A stretch of DNA of 64,000 nt from Paramoeba atlantica (lineage: Eukaryota; Protista; Discosea), in NCBI GenBank assembly GCA_977017575.1, contig CDRNVI010000071.1:62001-126000 (forward strand). The letters are read 5' to 3'. This document shows, one piece after another, positions 9,551 to 19,751 of the stretch. The notes under the pieces are model-generated. The model saw nothing but the letters and a program-made list of their open reading frames with translations, made no database searches and had not been told where the DNA came from. How positions within the stretch are numbered: the first letter of the stretch is position 1; each line of letters starts with the position of its first letter. Made by a program: the position numbers and the translations under genes.

Positions 9551-11407
9551 TTAGATTTCAGATATCATCTGACGGGAACAATAAGACTTCCCCGATGCCA
9601 TCCACAATTTCTGAGCACGTTGAATGTGAAATTTTGAGTTTCTCTGTCGTCGACGCTTTTCAATCTCTGATACTGCGCGCTCCGGGCGAGTATAGATGTC
9701 TGCAAAATTGTCTTCTGAAGGCGTGTCAACAACAACAATATACAAACCCGTTTGTTGAATGAGTCCAGTAATTCGAGCAACTACAGTATCAATCTTCTCA
9801 ATTGGGCTGTATCCTTTGGTAACGGCTTTGCCTGCCGCTACATTATCGGATATGATATATGCCTGATCGGCGTTTTGCAAGAATGCATGCTGAACTCCCA
9901 TTTCCAAAGCTAAAATTTCCGCTAAAGAAATCTCGATTGGAGGTGCCTCAATGTCTCCACCAACACATTTTACGCTTCCTTCGGAATCTTGAAAGGTACC
10001 AGTACCACATACGAAACTGAATTCGTCAAGTCCTTTCACAGCCCAACGGGTCGGTGTGGCGTCTACGGCAAGGAGAACGACGCGCTGTCTTCTTACTGAT
10101 AGATGTGATTTAGGATGTATCCAGTTACATTCCAAACGCTCAACGATCTTTTTCAGAGAAAGTATTGTCTTACTGAGATCTGGAATAACCTCATCCCATT
10201 TTTGAATCGCCCCTAAAGTACTCTGGATGCGCGTGAACCGTCCGAGTAGCGCCCGATCAAAATTCAGCACGGAATACGCAAACCAAAGAAACCCCAAAAG
10301 CGCGTACAATGATCGCGGAGTTGGAAGAAAGTCCTGTTCTGCGGCTTGCTTCCATACCTTTAGAATGGCGTCATCAAGAGTCCACTGCACTCCCAACTCC
10401 GTTATACCTATTTTAACCCCACAATAGGTGAAGATGCTCCCTATTCCTTCCGATTCTATGTACTTAAGTCGCAAAGTTGCTCTAATTTCGAAGTTTTTCT
10501 TTACGATGCCTACCCATTCCGCAATGTGGGATTTAGGAGCAACCAAGAGGAGTGAGTCATATACGAGAACAAGCATACCTCCCCACAGGAGCTCATCGCA
10601 TGCGGGAGCTATTGTTTCTTCGTAAATATAATCGGGAACGCATAGGCGCTTTCGCTGATCTTCGTTTATGTTGAGTAACACTCCACACACGATTCCTTGA
10701 CAAATCCCACAAGCTTTGTCATATCCCATAGGTAAAACTGTGCATTGTAAAATTTGAGATCCACTGCGCAAACAACATCTTTTACGAAGATTTGGGCCTA
10801 TGGGGATCTGGAAATATGCGTTAGCTATGTCGGCATGCACGATACGCAGCTTAAGCTTTCGAAAATCTAGGCTTCGCAAGCGCTCTATAAAGCGGTTGAT
10901 TCCTAAGAGTGAAAAGGGCACACCTCTGGTTGTACTTATGGAATTTAGTGTACGCATATCAAGAATTGCCCTCGCTTGCCCTTCACGCTTTAAAACAGCA
11001 AAATATTTTGAAAATATTGGTACCGGTTGTTCGTTTCTAAGACGCCAGTAAGAGTTGAAATTCTCGAGTACACCTACATATTCTAGGTAAGCAATGTGTT
11101 CATGCCACCGGTCAGTTGTTGTCTTCAAAAGGATATTTTCATCTGGCTCGTCCTGTAAAGGGTCCTCGTTTAACAATTCCAGTGCTCGCCACACAAAAGG
11201 GATATTCGCTAAGGAACTACCTATTAAGAAAGTTCCGCCACCCACGTTCCGCAATTCTGCCAGAGGCGTCTGAGAATTAACTATTTTTCCTGGGGAATAA
11301 TCTGACTGTTTACCTTGCAATAGCCGTAAATCTATATCTGGGCCTGAACTATGCATCCACAAAATTGATCGTTTTTTATTTTTTATTTTCATAGCTAAAG
11401 AAATCAC
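9551..11407 (-). CDS. Reverse transcriptase + RNase H of the YR retroelement (open ORF, 618 aa)
   Basis: RT motifs REGQARAILDMRTLN, HADIANAYFQIPI, VLPMGY, LVYDSLLL (variant YxDD). RNase H motifs VDAT, ISLAEILAL, ISDN, SEDNFADIYTR. Confidence 0.9.
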   Translation of the reverse strand: MISLAMKIKNKKRSILWMHSSGPDIDLRLLQGKQSDYSPGKIVNSQTPLAELRNVGGGTFLIGSSLANIPFVWRALELLNEDPLQDEPDENILLKTTTDRWHEHIAYLEYVGVLENFNSYWRLRNEQPVPIFSKYFAVLKREGQARAILDMRTLNSISTTRGVPFSLLGINRFIERLRSLDFRKLKLRIVHADIANAYFQIPIGPNLRKRCCLRSGSQILQCTVLPMGYDKACGICQGIVCGVLLNINEDQRKRLCVPDYIYEETIAPACDELLWGGMLVLVYDSLLLVAPKSHIAEWVGIVKKNFEIRATLRLKYIESEGIGSIFTYCGVKIGITELGVQWTLDDAILKVWKQAAEQDFLPTPRSLYALLGFLWFAYSVLNFDRALLGRFTRIQSTLGAIQKWDEVIPDLSKTILSLKKIVERLECNWIHPKSHLSVRRQRVVLLAVDATPTRWAVKGLDEFSFVCGTGTFQDSEGSVKCVGGDIEAPPIEISLAEILALEMGVQHAFLQNADQAYIISDNVAAGKAVTKGYSPIEKIDTVVARITGLIQQTGLYIVVVDTPSEDNFADIYTRPERAVSEIEKRRRQRNSKFHIQRAQKLWMASGKSYCSRQMISEI

Positions 11408-12432
11408 ATTATTTTGTTAAAACATGAGCAGTTTCGTTTCCTTGGAACAATGCAAGCTATTGCTCCGACACTCGTACTACTGAACACGGTTTCGTACCGC
11501 ACTGCATACCTATCAAGCATACAGTCGATAGACTGCATAACATGTACTTCGCCCCTTTCTATACGAATTCCGAACATTGTTTTTTTATTTTTATGCTAAA
11601 GTAGTGATATGTGCATGGCTGCTTGTCAAACTTCAATCATTTATTCGTTCGATCGTTGTTTGAACGAACGTAATGGAGCAAGGTGCCTTCTGTTGTGTCA
11701 GACAATACTGCGCCAATTGTTGTACACACGCGTTCTAGACGAGCGGAGTGTCCGGTATGCCGAAGGCAATGAGGAGAGAACACAAGACCTTCAGGCCATC
11801 CAAACTTGTCTTGAGCTTTACGCAGTGCATCTTTCAAATGCAGATTTATGCATCTAGGAAACAAGTGCCCTGAGACACTAACTGGGCGCAATTCAACAAG
11901 CGAATCAATGCCTACTTTGGAACAGCATACATGGCGGCCGTTCATCCTACCTTTTACTTTTCTCAAAAAGATTTCCCCTTTTTCCTCATCTACATATGTC
12001 AACATCAGTCAAGTCCAAAAGGTTTCCTGGTCGTATTGGAGCCTCAAGGAATAGGGAGGCTGCAACAGCAAGTATCTTTCTAAAGTGCGCGTCATATACA
12101 ATATTCTGTTTCGTGCACCACACGCAAACCTTGGAAACATCCCACTCGGCAGCAATGAAAACCAGGAAGTCTGTCATCATGGTCCGCTCCAAAACTCCCT
12201 TTTCCCGAGGCAAATGAAGTGAGGCACATCCTTTAATCATTTTAGAAAGTGACTTGTCTTCCAACCAATCAACAATTTTACCCTTTTTTCTTTGATCGTG
12301 AAGGAGTGCGGACCATATAACTGTCACACCACTGCCCATTTTCTGGCATTTCCAATTCCACAGGAAAGCCTCAAATTCCTCTCTTGTGCAATCCGCCTCG
12401 CATACTGGTGGTACTCCACGGTAGTGCGACAT

Positions 12433-13011
12433 GTTTGTTTGTTTATCATGCGCTCTTTGGCGCAGAGATAATCCCCTTAATGCGACGGCCGATATCATCG
12501 GCACATAATCCGCCCACAATGGATGTCGCCAAAGGGGGTTCGACACGGACTCGGTCGGTAGAGAGGTCCAGGCAACTCGCCTCTCTTTACGCAGCCGGAG
12601 GGGCGTACTGCAACCGACTCGGTCCCAGTCGGTAGAGGTGGTCCAGGCAACTCACCACCTCTTTACGCAGCAGGAGGGGCGCACTGCAACCGACCGCTGC
12701 CTCGCGATAATGCGAGGCGGAGTCACGCCCAGTGGTCCTCAAGGGAGGCCACCATGGCGCATAGCTCCCGGGAAGAGACGGGCGCGAGAAGAAGAAAGCC
12801 GGGGAGGGAAGAAAACTCACTCAAGGAGTGAGCCGGGGAGGGGTGAAAAGTCGGAAGTACGTCCCCTACTTCCACGACAAGAGGGACAGTCCCTGCTAGC
12901 CGTCAGCCGGAAACGGGCATTTAAAAGGAAAATGTATGCCCGTTTCCGGGAAATGAAAGGAAGGTCTAGCAAAATGTACCAACAAGGTACAGAAACTGTA
13001 TCTTTATCCTT
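12433..13011 (-). mobile_element. SINE-like non-autonomous retroelement with SL-RNA-like head and (CAAA)n tail
   Basis: Excision restores in-frame S-T-L-M-S-H-Y in the YR gene. The head GATAAAGATACAGTTTCTGTACCTTGTTG is followed by GTACA; the body is hairpin-rich; it ends ATGATAAACAAACAAAC. Confidence 0.8.
12980..13008 (-). ncRNA. Spliced-leader-exon-like 29-mer followed by a GT donor
   Basis: Contains the ACAGTTTCTGTAC core conserved in kinetoplastid/diplonemid SL exons and ends TTG at the same spacing. TGTAC/GTACA across the junction recreates SL RNA stem-loop I. Confidence 0.7.
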
Positions 13012-13622
13012 CAGAGTGCTCAAGGAAGCAGAGTAAGTTCGACGTGTTCCTTCACTTAATGAAGCATCCATAAGTTCTTCGCGATTTTTTTCACTCGGAC
13101 ACTTTACTACGATTTCTCTGCTAAAGCGCTTTGGCATTCAATGAGAAAGACTAGAAGACGTTTCCTTCTAAGACACGTGAACCAGGCTATTTAACCTGGA
13201 TAATTGAAATGTTGTACCTGCAAAGATGAAGTTCGCTACAGAAATCACGGTCAAATTCCCGCCCTCGTTTCATTTCTCATCACATGTAAACAAAGGCACA
13301 ATGCACATGTACATTGTATGACAATATATATCAACAAACAACAAAACAAACATTCAGCCCAGTTCCAATTCACTGCGCTATCTTTTCTGTCAGTAGCCCA
13401 AATTTTTCTTATTCTTGTATATCCTTCCAACTGCCAAAGCCCACACATAGATACCAAAGTCAACTGTTTCGTATTCCTAACTTGCAATACGATATAATCT
13501 ATTTACTTTAGACTTTAAATTAGTCTGTACCATAGCACTACCAGTGAAACTAATGAAACTGAATTAAGATCAATAGGACATGTTTATGACCGATACCGGT
13601 GCCCCACCACTTGGGATACGCC

Positions 13623-14844
13623 TCAGACTATTTGGGTCTCGCTTGGACACATTTTTTGAATATGCCCATATCCGCCACAGTTATTACATTGAAGTGAGCG
13701 AGCTCTGGCTTTTTCTTTCGGTAGGCAAAACTTTCCAGCGTGCCCTATGCCGTCGCATATGGAGCACTTGAGGGTTGGGCTTTTCAATGTAGACTTCATG
13801 AACCGATAGGATCCCCGAGAATAATGCGCTTCCGCTTGGAGTCGCGACCGACTGCCTTGATGAAATACCATTTCTCCTTTGTTTAAATTCACATAGTCAG
13901 CTATCATCTCGTGAGACCCTATCACTTTTTCCAATTTTCTGACCAGTACATCACGTCCGAGGGGAGATAAGGAACCTCCTACTTACCCGTCCTTATTCCC
14001 AGCCTTTTGCTGCAAGCTGTTTCTTGTCAAAGAGCTCCCGACAATAGCTTGATAAAGACTGTTGGGGCATACGTATTCGAATCCCTGCGGAAGTTCTCGA
14101 ATATAGTGCAAAACCCAAACATCGGCTAACATACGAAAGACACGCACTTTCTCCATATCACCAGAAGGGGTTCCCCAGACACGCCCCCCCGTTCGATCTT
14201 CCATGAACTCGGCGGTAAGCTTACCCCATTCCCCATCCTTTAGAAGAGCTGCACGCTCCTTCAAAACTTCGAGGTTTGGCCCACATGCGACACCAAAGTT
14301 TTCAAGTCGAAGGCACGTTAAACCCCGCTGAAATTCTGCGGAAACCTTCGGATATGACTGTGTACCGATAGTCCTCTGCCATCGAAAGAGAAATTTTACG
14401 ATTCGTCTTTCGTTCTTCTCCACTTCGTCGCGTGCTTTCTCCTATCACTGAAAGAATGGCTTCAGTCATGGATCCAGAAACTGACTTGAACACTGTAGAT
14501 AGATTCCGAAGATCAGGTACATGTTCAGTAGTGGCTGACTCAGGAGCACCTTGTGAAATACACGCTCCCGGAGGAGACATCGACTCGCTCGTCTTGAGTT
14601 GCGGTAACACACCTGTCACCATACTCATCAGAGAAATAATTTCGTCGTTCGCCTCCTGCGTGATTCTAAGTCGGTTGGCCTCTTCTGCAGCAATCATCAT
14701 ACCTTGCTGCTCACGAAGAAAAAGAACCGAGTCCAGCAATTCATTGTCTCTTGCCTCCTGTTGCATGGTACGATCTGCCTTCTTGCGGAAACTTCCCTTT
14801 GAAGAATCACTCTTGTGCTTCGCCACCGAGGATACAAGAAACAA
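13623..14844 (-). pseudogene. Gag-like gene of the YR element, split into 3 frames, with two CCHC zinc knuckles
   Basis: CSICDGIGHAGKFC and CNNCGGYGHIQKMC; coiled-coil-like N-terminal ORF 14302-14844; frameshifts near 14420 and 13960. Confidence 0.75.
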
Positions 14845-14951
14845 AGTATATGGAAAGTAAACACTCTTTTCGTTGTTACACTGGTCAGTCCACCTCTACT
14901 TTTTCAATCACAGTCTTCTCAATATTCGTAGGATCTTTTTCTTAAAACTTT

Positions 14952-15106
14952 TTTTTTGTAGTCTAGATCCTCGGATCCAGCCACATTGACTACCATTGCC
15001 CTTCCAGCCCATATTAAACAGGCTAGGGCCTGTGTATACTCGTTATTCATCCTCAAGCATTGTACATAAAATGTCATTTATAACCCTAGGTCATAAATTA
15101 TACTTT
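14952..15106. repeat. Inverted terminal repeat (5' end of element), 155 bp
   Basis: Reverse complement of 9166-9320. Confidence 0.95.
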
Positions 15107-15107
15107 A

Positions 15108-15648
15108 TGTACAAACCTTGAGTCTTACTAACTCCGCCGTTTTCAGGCGTGAACCATGAGAGTCATTTTTGTTCACCTTCACCCCCCTTCCATTGACTTC
15201 GAATTAAACATTCAGAAGTGCAAGTGCTGACAACGTCTGAACAATGGGATATCTTGTCTCTTTTCATATTCACACACATATTCACATATGGTACCAAAGC
15301 GCCCTTTTGCTACCCAATGGGAGCGCAAAATAGGCTTAACCCCACCCGTCAGACATTAGGAGCCAGCAAGCCTACTCTCAAAGCATCACAGCTTCGCTTA
15401 GGCCCCACCCCTCAGGTATTATGGGCCAGTAACTCTACTCTCAAAGCATCACAGCTTCGGTCAGGCCTGATCCTTCAGGCACTATGGGCCCGACTCATTC
15501 AACCCTGCTCATTCAAGACAAATACACTTATGTACCATGGTGGCAAATAATCTTTCGAGTTACCCCTCCTCCCCCGGTCTTGTTGTGTTGACCTGCTCCA
15601 GGCTTGGGACTGGAAACTGCGGAGTTAGTAAGACTCAAGGTTTGTACA
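15108..15648. mobile_element. MITE, 541 bp, perfect 30-bp TIRs, TA target duplication
   Basis: tgtacaaaccttgagtcttactaactccgc (15108-15137) and its reverse complement (15619-15648); TA at 15106-7 and 15649-50; internal about 64-bp tandem at 15361-15490. Confidence 0.85.
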
Positions 15649-15714
15649 TAAAGCAAGATTTGAATTCTGGACTCTGTGCCTAGCGACCTATCATGGTAGA
15701 GATTTTTTTTAATT

Positions 15715-16557
15715 TCACTCTTTACATATGTTTTCCGAGAATTCTATTTGCGTACCATCAAGCGACATTTCTCCCAGTCTTTCAGGAAGCGTAGACCAGT
15801 CTATCTCACCGTACAAGTCAGGGTTATTCTGCAACTGTAGTACTTCTAATTGTGCAGGGATATTATCGAGCAGCACTTGTCCTGAGAACATGTTGTGATC
15901 AAAGTATAATTCTAGAAGGGAAGGTGGCAAATGCTGCAAATGAAGTTCTCCCGTAAATTTATTCCGTGACAAACAAAGGTACTCTATGCTGCACGGCAAA
16001 CGGCTGAGATCAATGTCCCCAGTTAATTTATTATCTTGAAGACGCAACTCATACAAATTGGGCGGCAAATGGGCCAAGTCTACATATCCTTCAAAAAGAT
16101 TCCTGTTTAAAAGGAGATACTCCAGCTCCGGCGGCAATTGACTTAAATTTAATGAACCTGTGAGCTTATTTCCTGACGCAGAAAAGTAGGTAAGCTGTGG
16201 GGGCAGAGAGTCCAGTGGTATTGACCCTGTAAGCTTGTTGTCCCACACAGAAATTTTTTGCAGCGTTCGAGGAAGCCAAAACCACTGGAGAGGTCCGCAG
16301 AGGCCATGGAATCCCCAGTAAATGCATGTCACACGTGCATGCTCATCACACTGTACGCCTTTCCATTTGTAAATTGGTATCGATGTGTTCCAGGAGGGAT
16401 CAGTGTTTTCAACATTCTCAATTAATTTTTCAAGTTCATATTCTTGTGGTAACTCCGAACCTCGTACTTTGCCTGCGGGTTTGTGTTGTGCGTTTGTGTC
16501 CGGAAGATCGGCGGTATAAAATAAAGATACGACAACGTGTGTCGATAACGAATGCAT
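15715..16557 (-). CDS. Leucine-rich repeat protein
   Basis: GKVRGSELPQEYEL motif, WNTSIPIYKWKGVQCD cap, about 7 LPxxLxxLxLxxNxxxG repeats. Confidence 0.9.
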   Translation of the reverse strand: MHSLSTHVVVSLFYTADLPDTNAQHKPAGKVRGSELPQEYELEKLIENVENTDPSWNTSIPIYKWKGVQCDEHARVTCIYWGFHGLCGPLQWFWLPRTLQKISVWDNKLTGSIPLDSLPPQLTYFSASGNKLTGSLNLSQLPPELEYLLLNRNLFEGYVDLAHLPPNLYELRLQDNKLTGDIDLSRLPCSIEYLCLSRNKFTGELHLQHLPPSLLELYFDHNMFSGQVLLDNIPAQLEVLQLQNNPDLYGEIDWSTLPERLGEMSLDGTQIEFSENICKE

Positions 16558-16770
16558 TGGCTTGGTAAAAAAGAACGAGTAACAATAAAATCAATGTGCG
16601 CAACAATAATCTAGATAGATATTAAAAAGACAGGCGGTCCGGTCTAGCACCCTCCCGGTATAGTATGAGGTGACAGGTATGCTACACCGGACAGTGGTAC
16701 ATTCGTGTACCACCCTTACTCAATTATTACTAAACGTGAACACGAACAGTCAAAAACAGAGCACGATCAT

Positions 16771-17619
16771 CTAAGTTGCTTCAGAAGACTTTTTTAGATC
16801 AAATATCTCAACTGTAAAAAAATGTGGCAAGAATTTGGATCCAGGTGATGAATCTCTATTTGGAACATATTCTTTGGCTCCTGACGCAGAGTCGCTCAAA
16901 AGTTTCCTTTCCCGTATCTCGGTTTCATTCTCAATGGATTCTGTGCAATCCTTTAAAGGATTCAGCGTAATCATTAAACCAAGCAAGCGAATAGGAAATA
17001 ACACAAAGTAACCAATATTTCCCATACACCTTGAAACGGTGCGCAAAAACATAGATTCATGCTGATCCTCAACGGAAAAAAGAGCCCATGATAAAAGTAT
17101 TGTAAACAAGGTTGTCCCAGTATATAGGCGCGTGAGAAGTATACTCACCAAAATGCAAAGACACGCCCGCCCTGCATCAACACGCCAAGGGTAGTTGCGC
17201 AAGTAATCGGCCAATAAAATTAAAAAATATGTAACGCAAAGTTTATCAATGTCGATGGCAGCAAAAGCATTTGATATGCGGTAACTCTGAGTGATAAATG
17301 GTGCGCTCGTAGCGTACGAGAAAAATTGTCCGAAATATATTTCTCCTACGTTGGTAGAGAAAAAAGACCTCAAGGAAGCCAAAGTATGCTGTGCTAGAAT
17401 CGAGCAGACGCGAACGCAGAACAGACGACAGAAACTACGCACGCAACCGCTACATCCCTCAACAAAACGTAGAGAGTACATAGAGAACGCAGAAAGCAAA
17501 GTTACCCAAGGAAGGGGAACATAAGAAGTATCCTCAACACTTAAAAGGGTTTGAACCAAAGACACAATCAACAGGGTTCCTGTGATAGGAGTATGTGTTA
17601 GTATGACGCCGAGTGACAT
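16771..17619 (-). CDS. Hypothetical multi-pass membrane protein
   Basis: 282-aa ORF on the polycistron strand with several hydrophobic segments. Confidence 0.65.
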   Translation of the reverse strand: MSLGVILTHTPITGTLLIVSLVQTLLSVEDTSYVPLPWVTLLSAFSMYSLRFVEGCSGCVRSFCRLFCVRVCSILAQHTLASLRSFFSTNVGEIYFGQFFSYATSAPFITQSYRISNAFAAIDIDKLCVTYFLILLADYLRNYPWRVDAGRACLCILVSILLTRLYTGTTLFTILLSWALFSVEDQHESMFLRTVSRCMGNIGYFVLFPIRLLGLMITLNPLKDCTESIENETEIRERKLLSDSASGAKEYVPNRDSSPGSKFLPHFFTVEIFDLKKSSEAT

Positions 17620-17852
17620 GGAGAAAAACGAAGAAGATAGAAATGAAAAAAGAAGTATAAAAATAGTCGTGCCGAAGAGTTATGTGCCATACATGAAAAA
17701 AGTGTAAAAAGAAAATGGAAAATGTTTTTATTTTGCTACGAAGTTAATACTAGGCGCCTCCAAGTCATAAAATAACGAGAGGAAACACTAACCGAGAATA
17801 AGACAAACATTTCTGAACAGTAAATGCACAGAAATAAAGGCTCGGCGTCTTC

Positions 17853-18794
17853 CTACATAAAAAACGGAAGCGACCTTGTCTTCACCACAGGCTTTAGAAT
17901 CTGAAAGCTGCACATTAAATCTGCATCCACCGACATCAATGCACCACTATTATCAAACTCACCACAATAATTTGGAGCGGAAAAAATGGTAATCAGACTG
18001 CGTTTCGCAAAAAACTGATACCCATCCTCCACAACCTGGTGCGCGCGACACAGCAAATCCAGATCATGTTTCTCCAAAAACCGCTCCACAACATCGGTAC
18101 CAAACGTAAACGACACCCCTCTATCGTTTTGTCCCCACCCCACCAACCCCTCCTCGGGGTCTGCCCACAGCAAATCGCACACCAGCCCACTATCCGCGAC
18201 CTCACACGGCCGACGCACCCTCCTTAACTGATCCAAATGCGTAAGCTCCGGACTCAACCCCCCATGCATACACAAAATCTTATCGTCCACCACCGCCGCC
18301 ACGGGCAGCACATTAAACATCTCCGTGAACGCTTTCCACAGCCCCACGGAGTACCGCCGCCGGCACTCCTCGTAAAACCCGTAGATCCGGTTAATACTCG
18401 CGCACTCGTGGTTCCCCCGGAGCAGGAAGAAGTTCTCCGGGTATTTGATTTTGTACACCATTAACAGGCAGATGGTCTCCAGCCCCTGCTTCCCCCGGTC
18501 CACGTAGTCCCCCAGGAAGAGGTAGTTCGCGGAGGGGGGGAAGCCCCCGGCCTCGAACAGGCGCAGCACGTCGTGGTACTGCCCGTGGAGGTCCCCGGCG
18601 ATCTTCAGCGGGGCCTCGAGCTCCAGCAGGGGGGGCTGGGCGAGGAGGAGGTCGCGGGAGGTGGAGACGAGGGTGCGGATCTCGGATTCGCGGAGAGGGG
18701 GGGCGACGGGGGTGCCGGGGCGGGAGGCGCGGACGGAGAGGAGGCGGTGGAGGATGTGGTCGAGGTCGAAAGGGGGGGAGGGAGGGGAGGTCAT
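17853..18794 (-). CDS. PP1: Serine/threonine protein phosphatase 1 catalytic subunit
   Basis: [48 protein letters not shown]. Confidence 0.95.
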   Translation of the reverse strand: MTSPPSPPFDLDHILHRLLSVRASRPGTPVAPPLRESEIRTLVSTSRDLLLAQPPLLELEAPLKIAGDLHGQYHDVLRLFEAGGFPPSANYLFLGDYVDRGKQGLETICLLMVYKIKYPENFFLLRGNHECASINRIYGFYEECRRRYSVGLWKAFTEMFNVLPVAAVVDDKILCMHGGLSPELTHLDQLRRVRRPCEVADSGLVCDLLWADPEEGLVGWGQNDRGVSFTFGTDVVERFLEKHDLDLLCRAHQVVEDGYQFFAKRSLITIFSAPNYCGEFDNSGALMSVDADLMCSFQILKPVVKTRSLPFFM

Positions 18795-18892
18795 GATGGG
18801 GTGGGGTGGGGGGTAGGGGTGGAGAAGGGGGCGAGAAATGAGGGTTTGAGGTTTTAAAATGAAAAATGGCGTTGGAGAAGGTTGTTCATATA

Positions 18893-19751
18893 CCGTATAC
18901 TCCCCCAGTAGGAGAATGAGTTTGGGGTCAAAGTGATCAAATCTCTCTTACTGGGGGGTACCGGTCGAGCAAAAAATTTGTCCTTTTTTAATTCGGTCCT
19001 TCGAGCTCGAAAAAAAAGTCGGACCAATATTTATGTTGATCAAAATTATTGAGGCCGAATTTTTCCTGCATTGAAACAAAAAAGATATATTTTCCTGGCC
19101 TCCCTCGAGGCTTGTTATTAGATTTTTCGTTTTCCAGAAAATGAAGGACCGTACTTTTAGATTGTTTTTGCTTTGTGTGCCATTCCAGTAGCTCACAACA
19201 TTTGCAACCTTTCGTGTCGCACACAATTCACAAATTGCTCTAACTTCAGCCTCACTATACACTGTATGTGTTGTAGTGATGACCCTACGTGCGTAGAGTA
19301 AATATCTTGATCAAAGATTTTCTGCACCCATTCAACAGACTGAGACATTACACGAAGACTAAAAAAAGAAGCGTCGATTGAAAGAAGCAAAAATTTCTAA
19401 TGACGAGTTCTAAATTTAGTAAACTTTGAAAACGACTGACAATAAAGTCAAAAAGTATTTTGGACCGCCGCGGAAGGAAAAATAAAGTCGGACCAAAATT
19501 TATGTGGACCAAATTTGTTGGGGCCAAGTAAAAGTGGACCAAATTTTCTGCTCGACCGGTATGTGTTTTTGGCCAGTTTTCTCTTTTCTCCCAACGTTTT
19601 TGACGAATACTTCTTTTTTCTTCTTAAAACGCGTTAAAACGTTTATTTGTGTTGCCTCCGAGGCCCCCGACATGCGGACACCCACTCTCTACGTCCTATA
19701 CGCCTCCTGTGGGGATTTCGAACCAAATCTCTATTACTGGGGGGTATGCGG
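18893..19751. mobile_element. Composite MITE, CCGTATAC-family TIRs, TA-flanked
   Basis: TA|ccgtatactcccccagta ... tactggggggtatgcgg|TA; an extra right-TIR-like copy at about 18944-18960; same TIR family as 33589-33878. Confidence 0.75.
18961..19559. mobile_element. Nested MITE with CCGGTCGAGC TIRs, TA-flanked
   Basis: TA|ccggtcgagcaaaaaatttgtcc ... ggaccaaattttctgctcgaccgg|TA; subterminal ggaccaa repeats. Confidence 0.8.

Larger units (their letters stand above)
11637..13137 (-). pseudogene. Tyrosine recombinase (phage-integrase family), interrupted by a 579-bp insert and one frameshift
   Basis: ASLSEGTRRTYSASLSTL + MSHYRGVPP...WLEDKSLSKMIKG (SAM-like region), catalytic R in APIRPGNLL, HCLRH box and terminal HY. 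Frameshift near 12000. Confidence 0.85.
9166..15106 (-). mobile_element. Tyrosine-recombinase retrotransposon (DIRS order; VIPER/TATE/Kangaroo-like Gag-YR-RT/RH gene order) with perfect inverted terminal repeats
   Basis: Identical 155-bp inverted repeats at 9166-9320 and 14952-15106 enclose CCHC Gag, YR and RT/RNase H ORFs, all on the minus strand. Confidence 0.9.
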
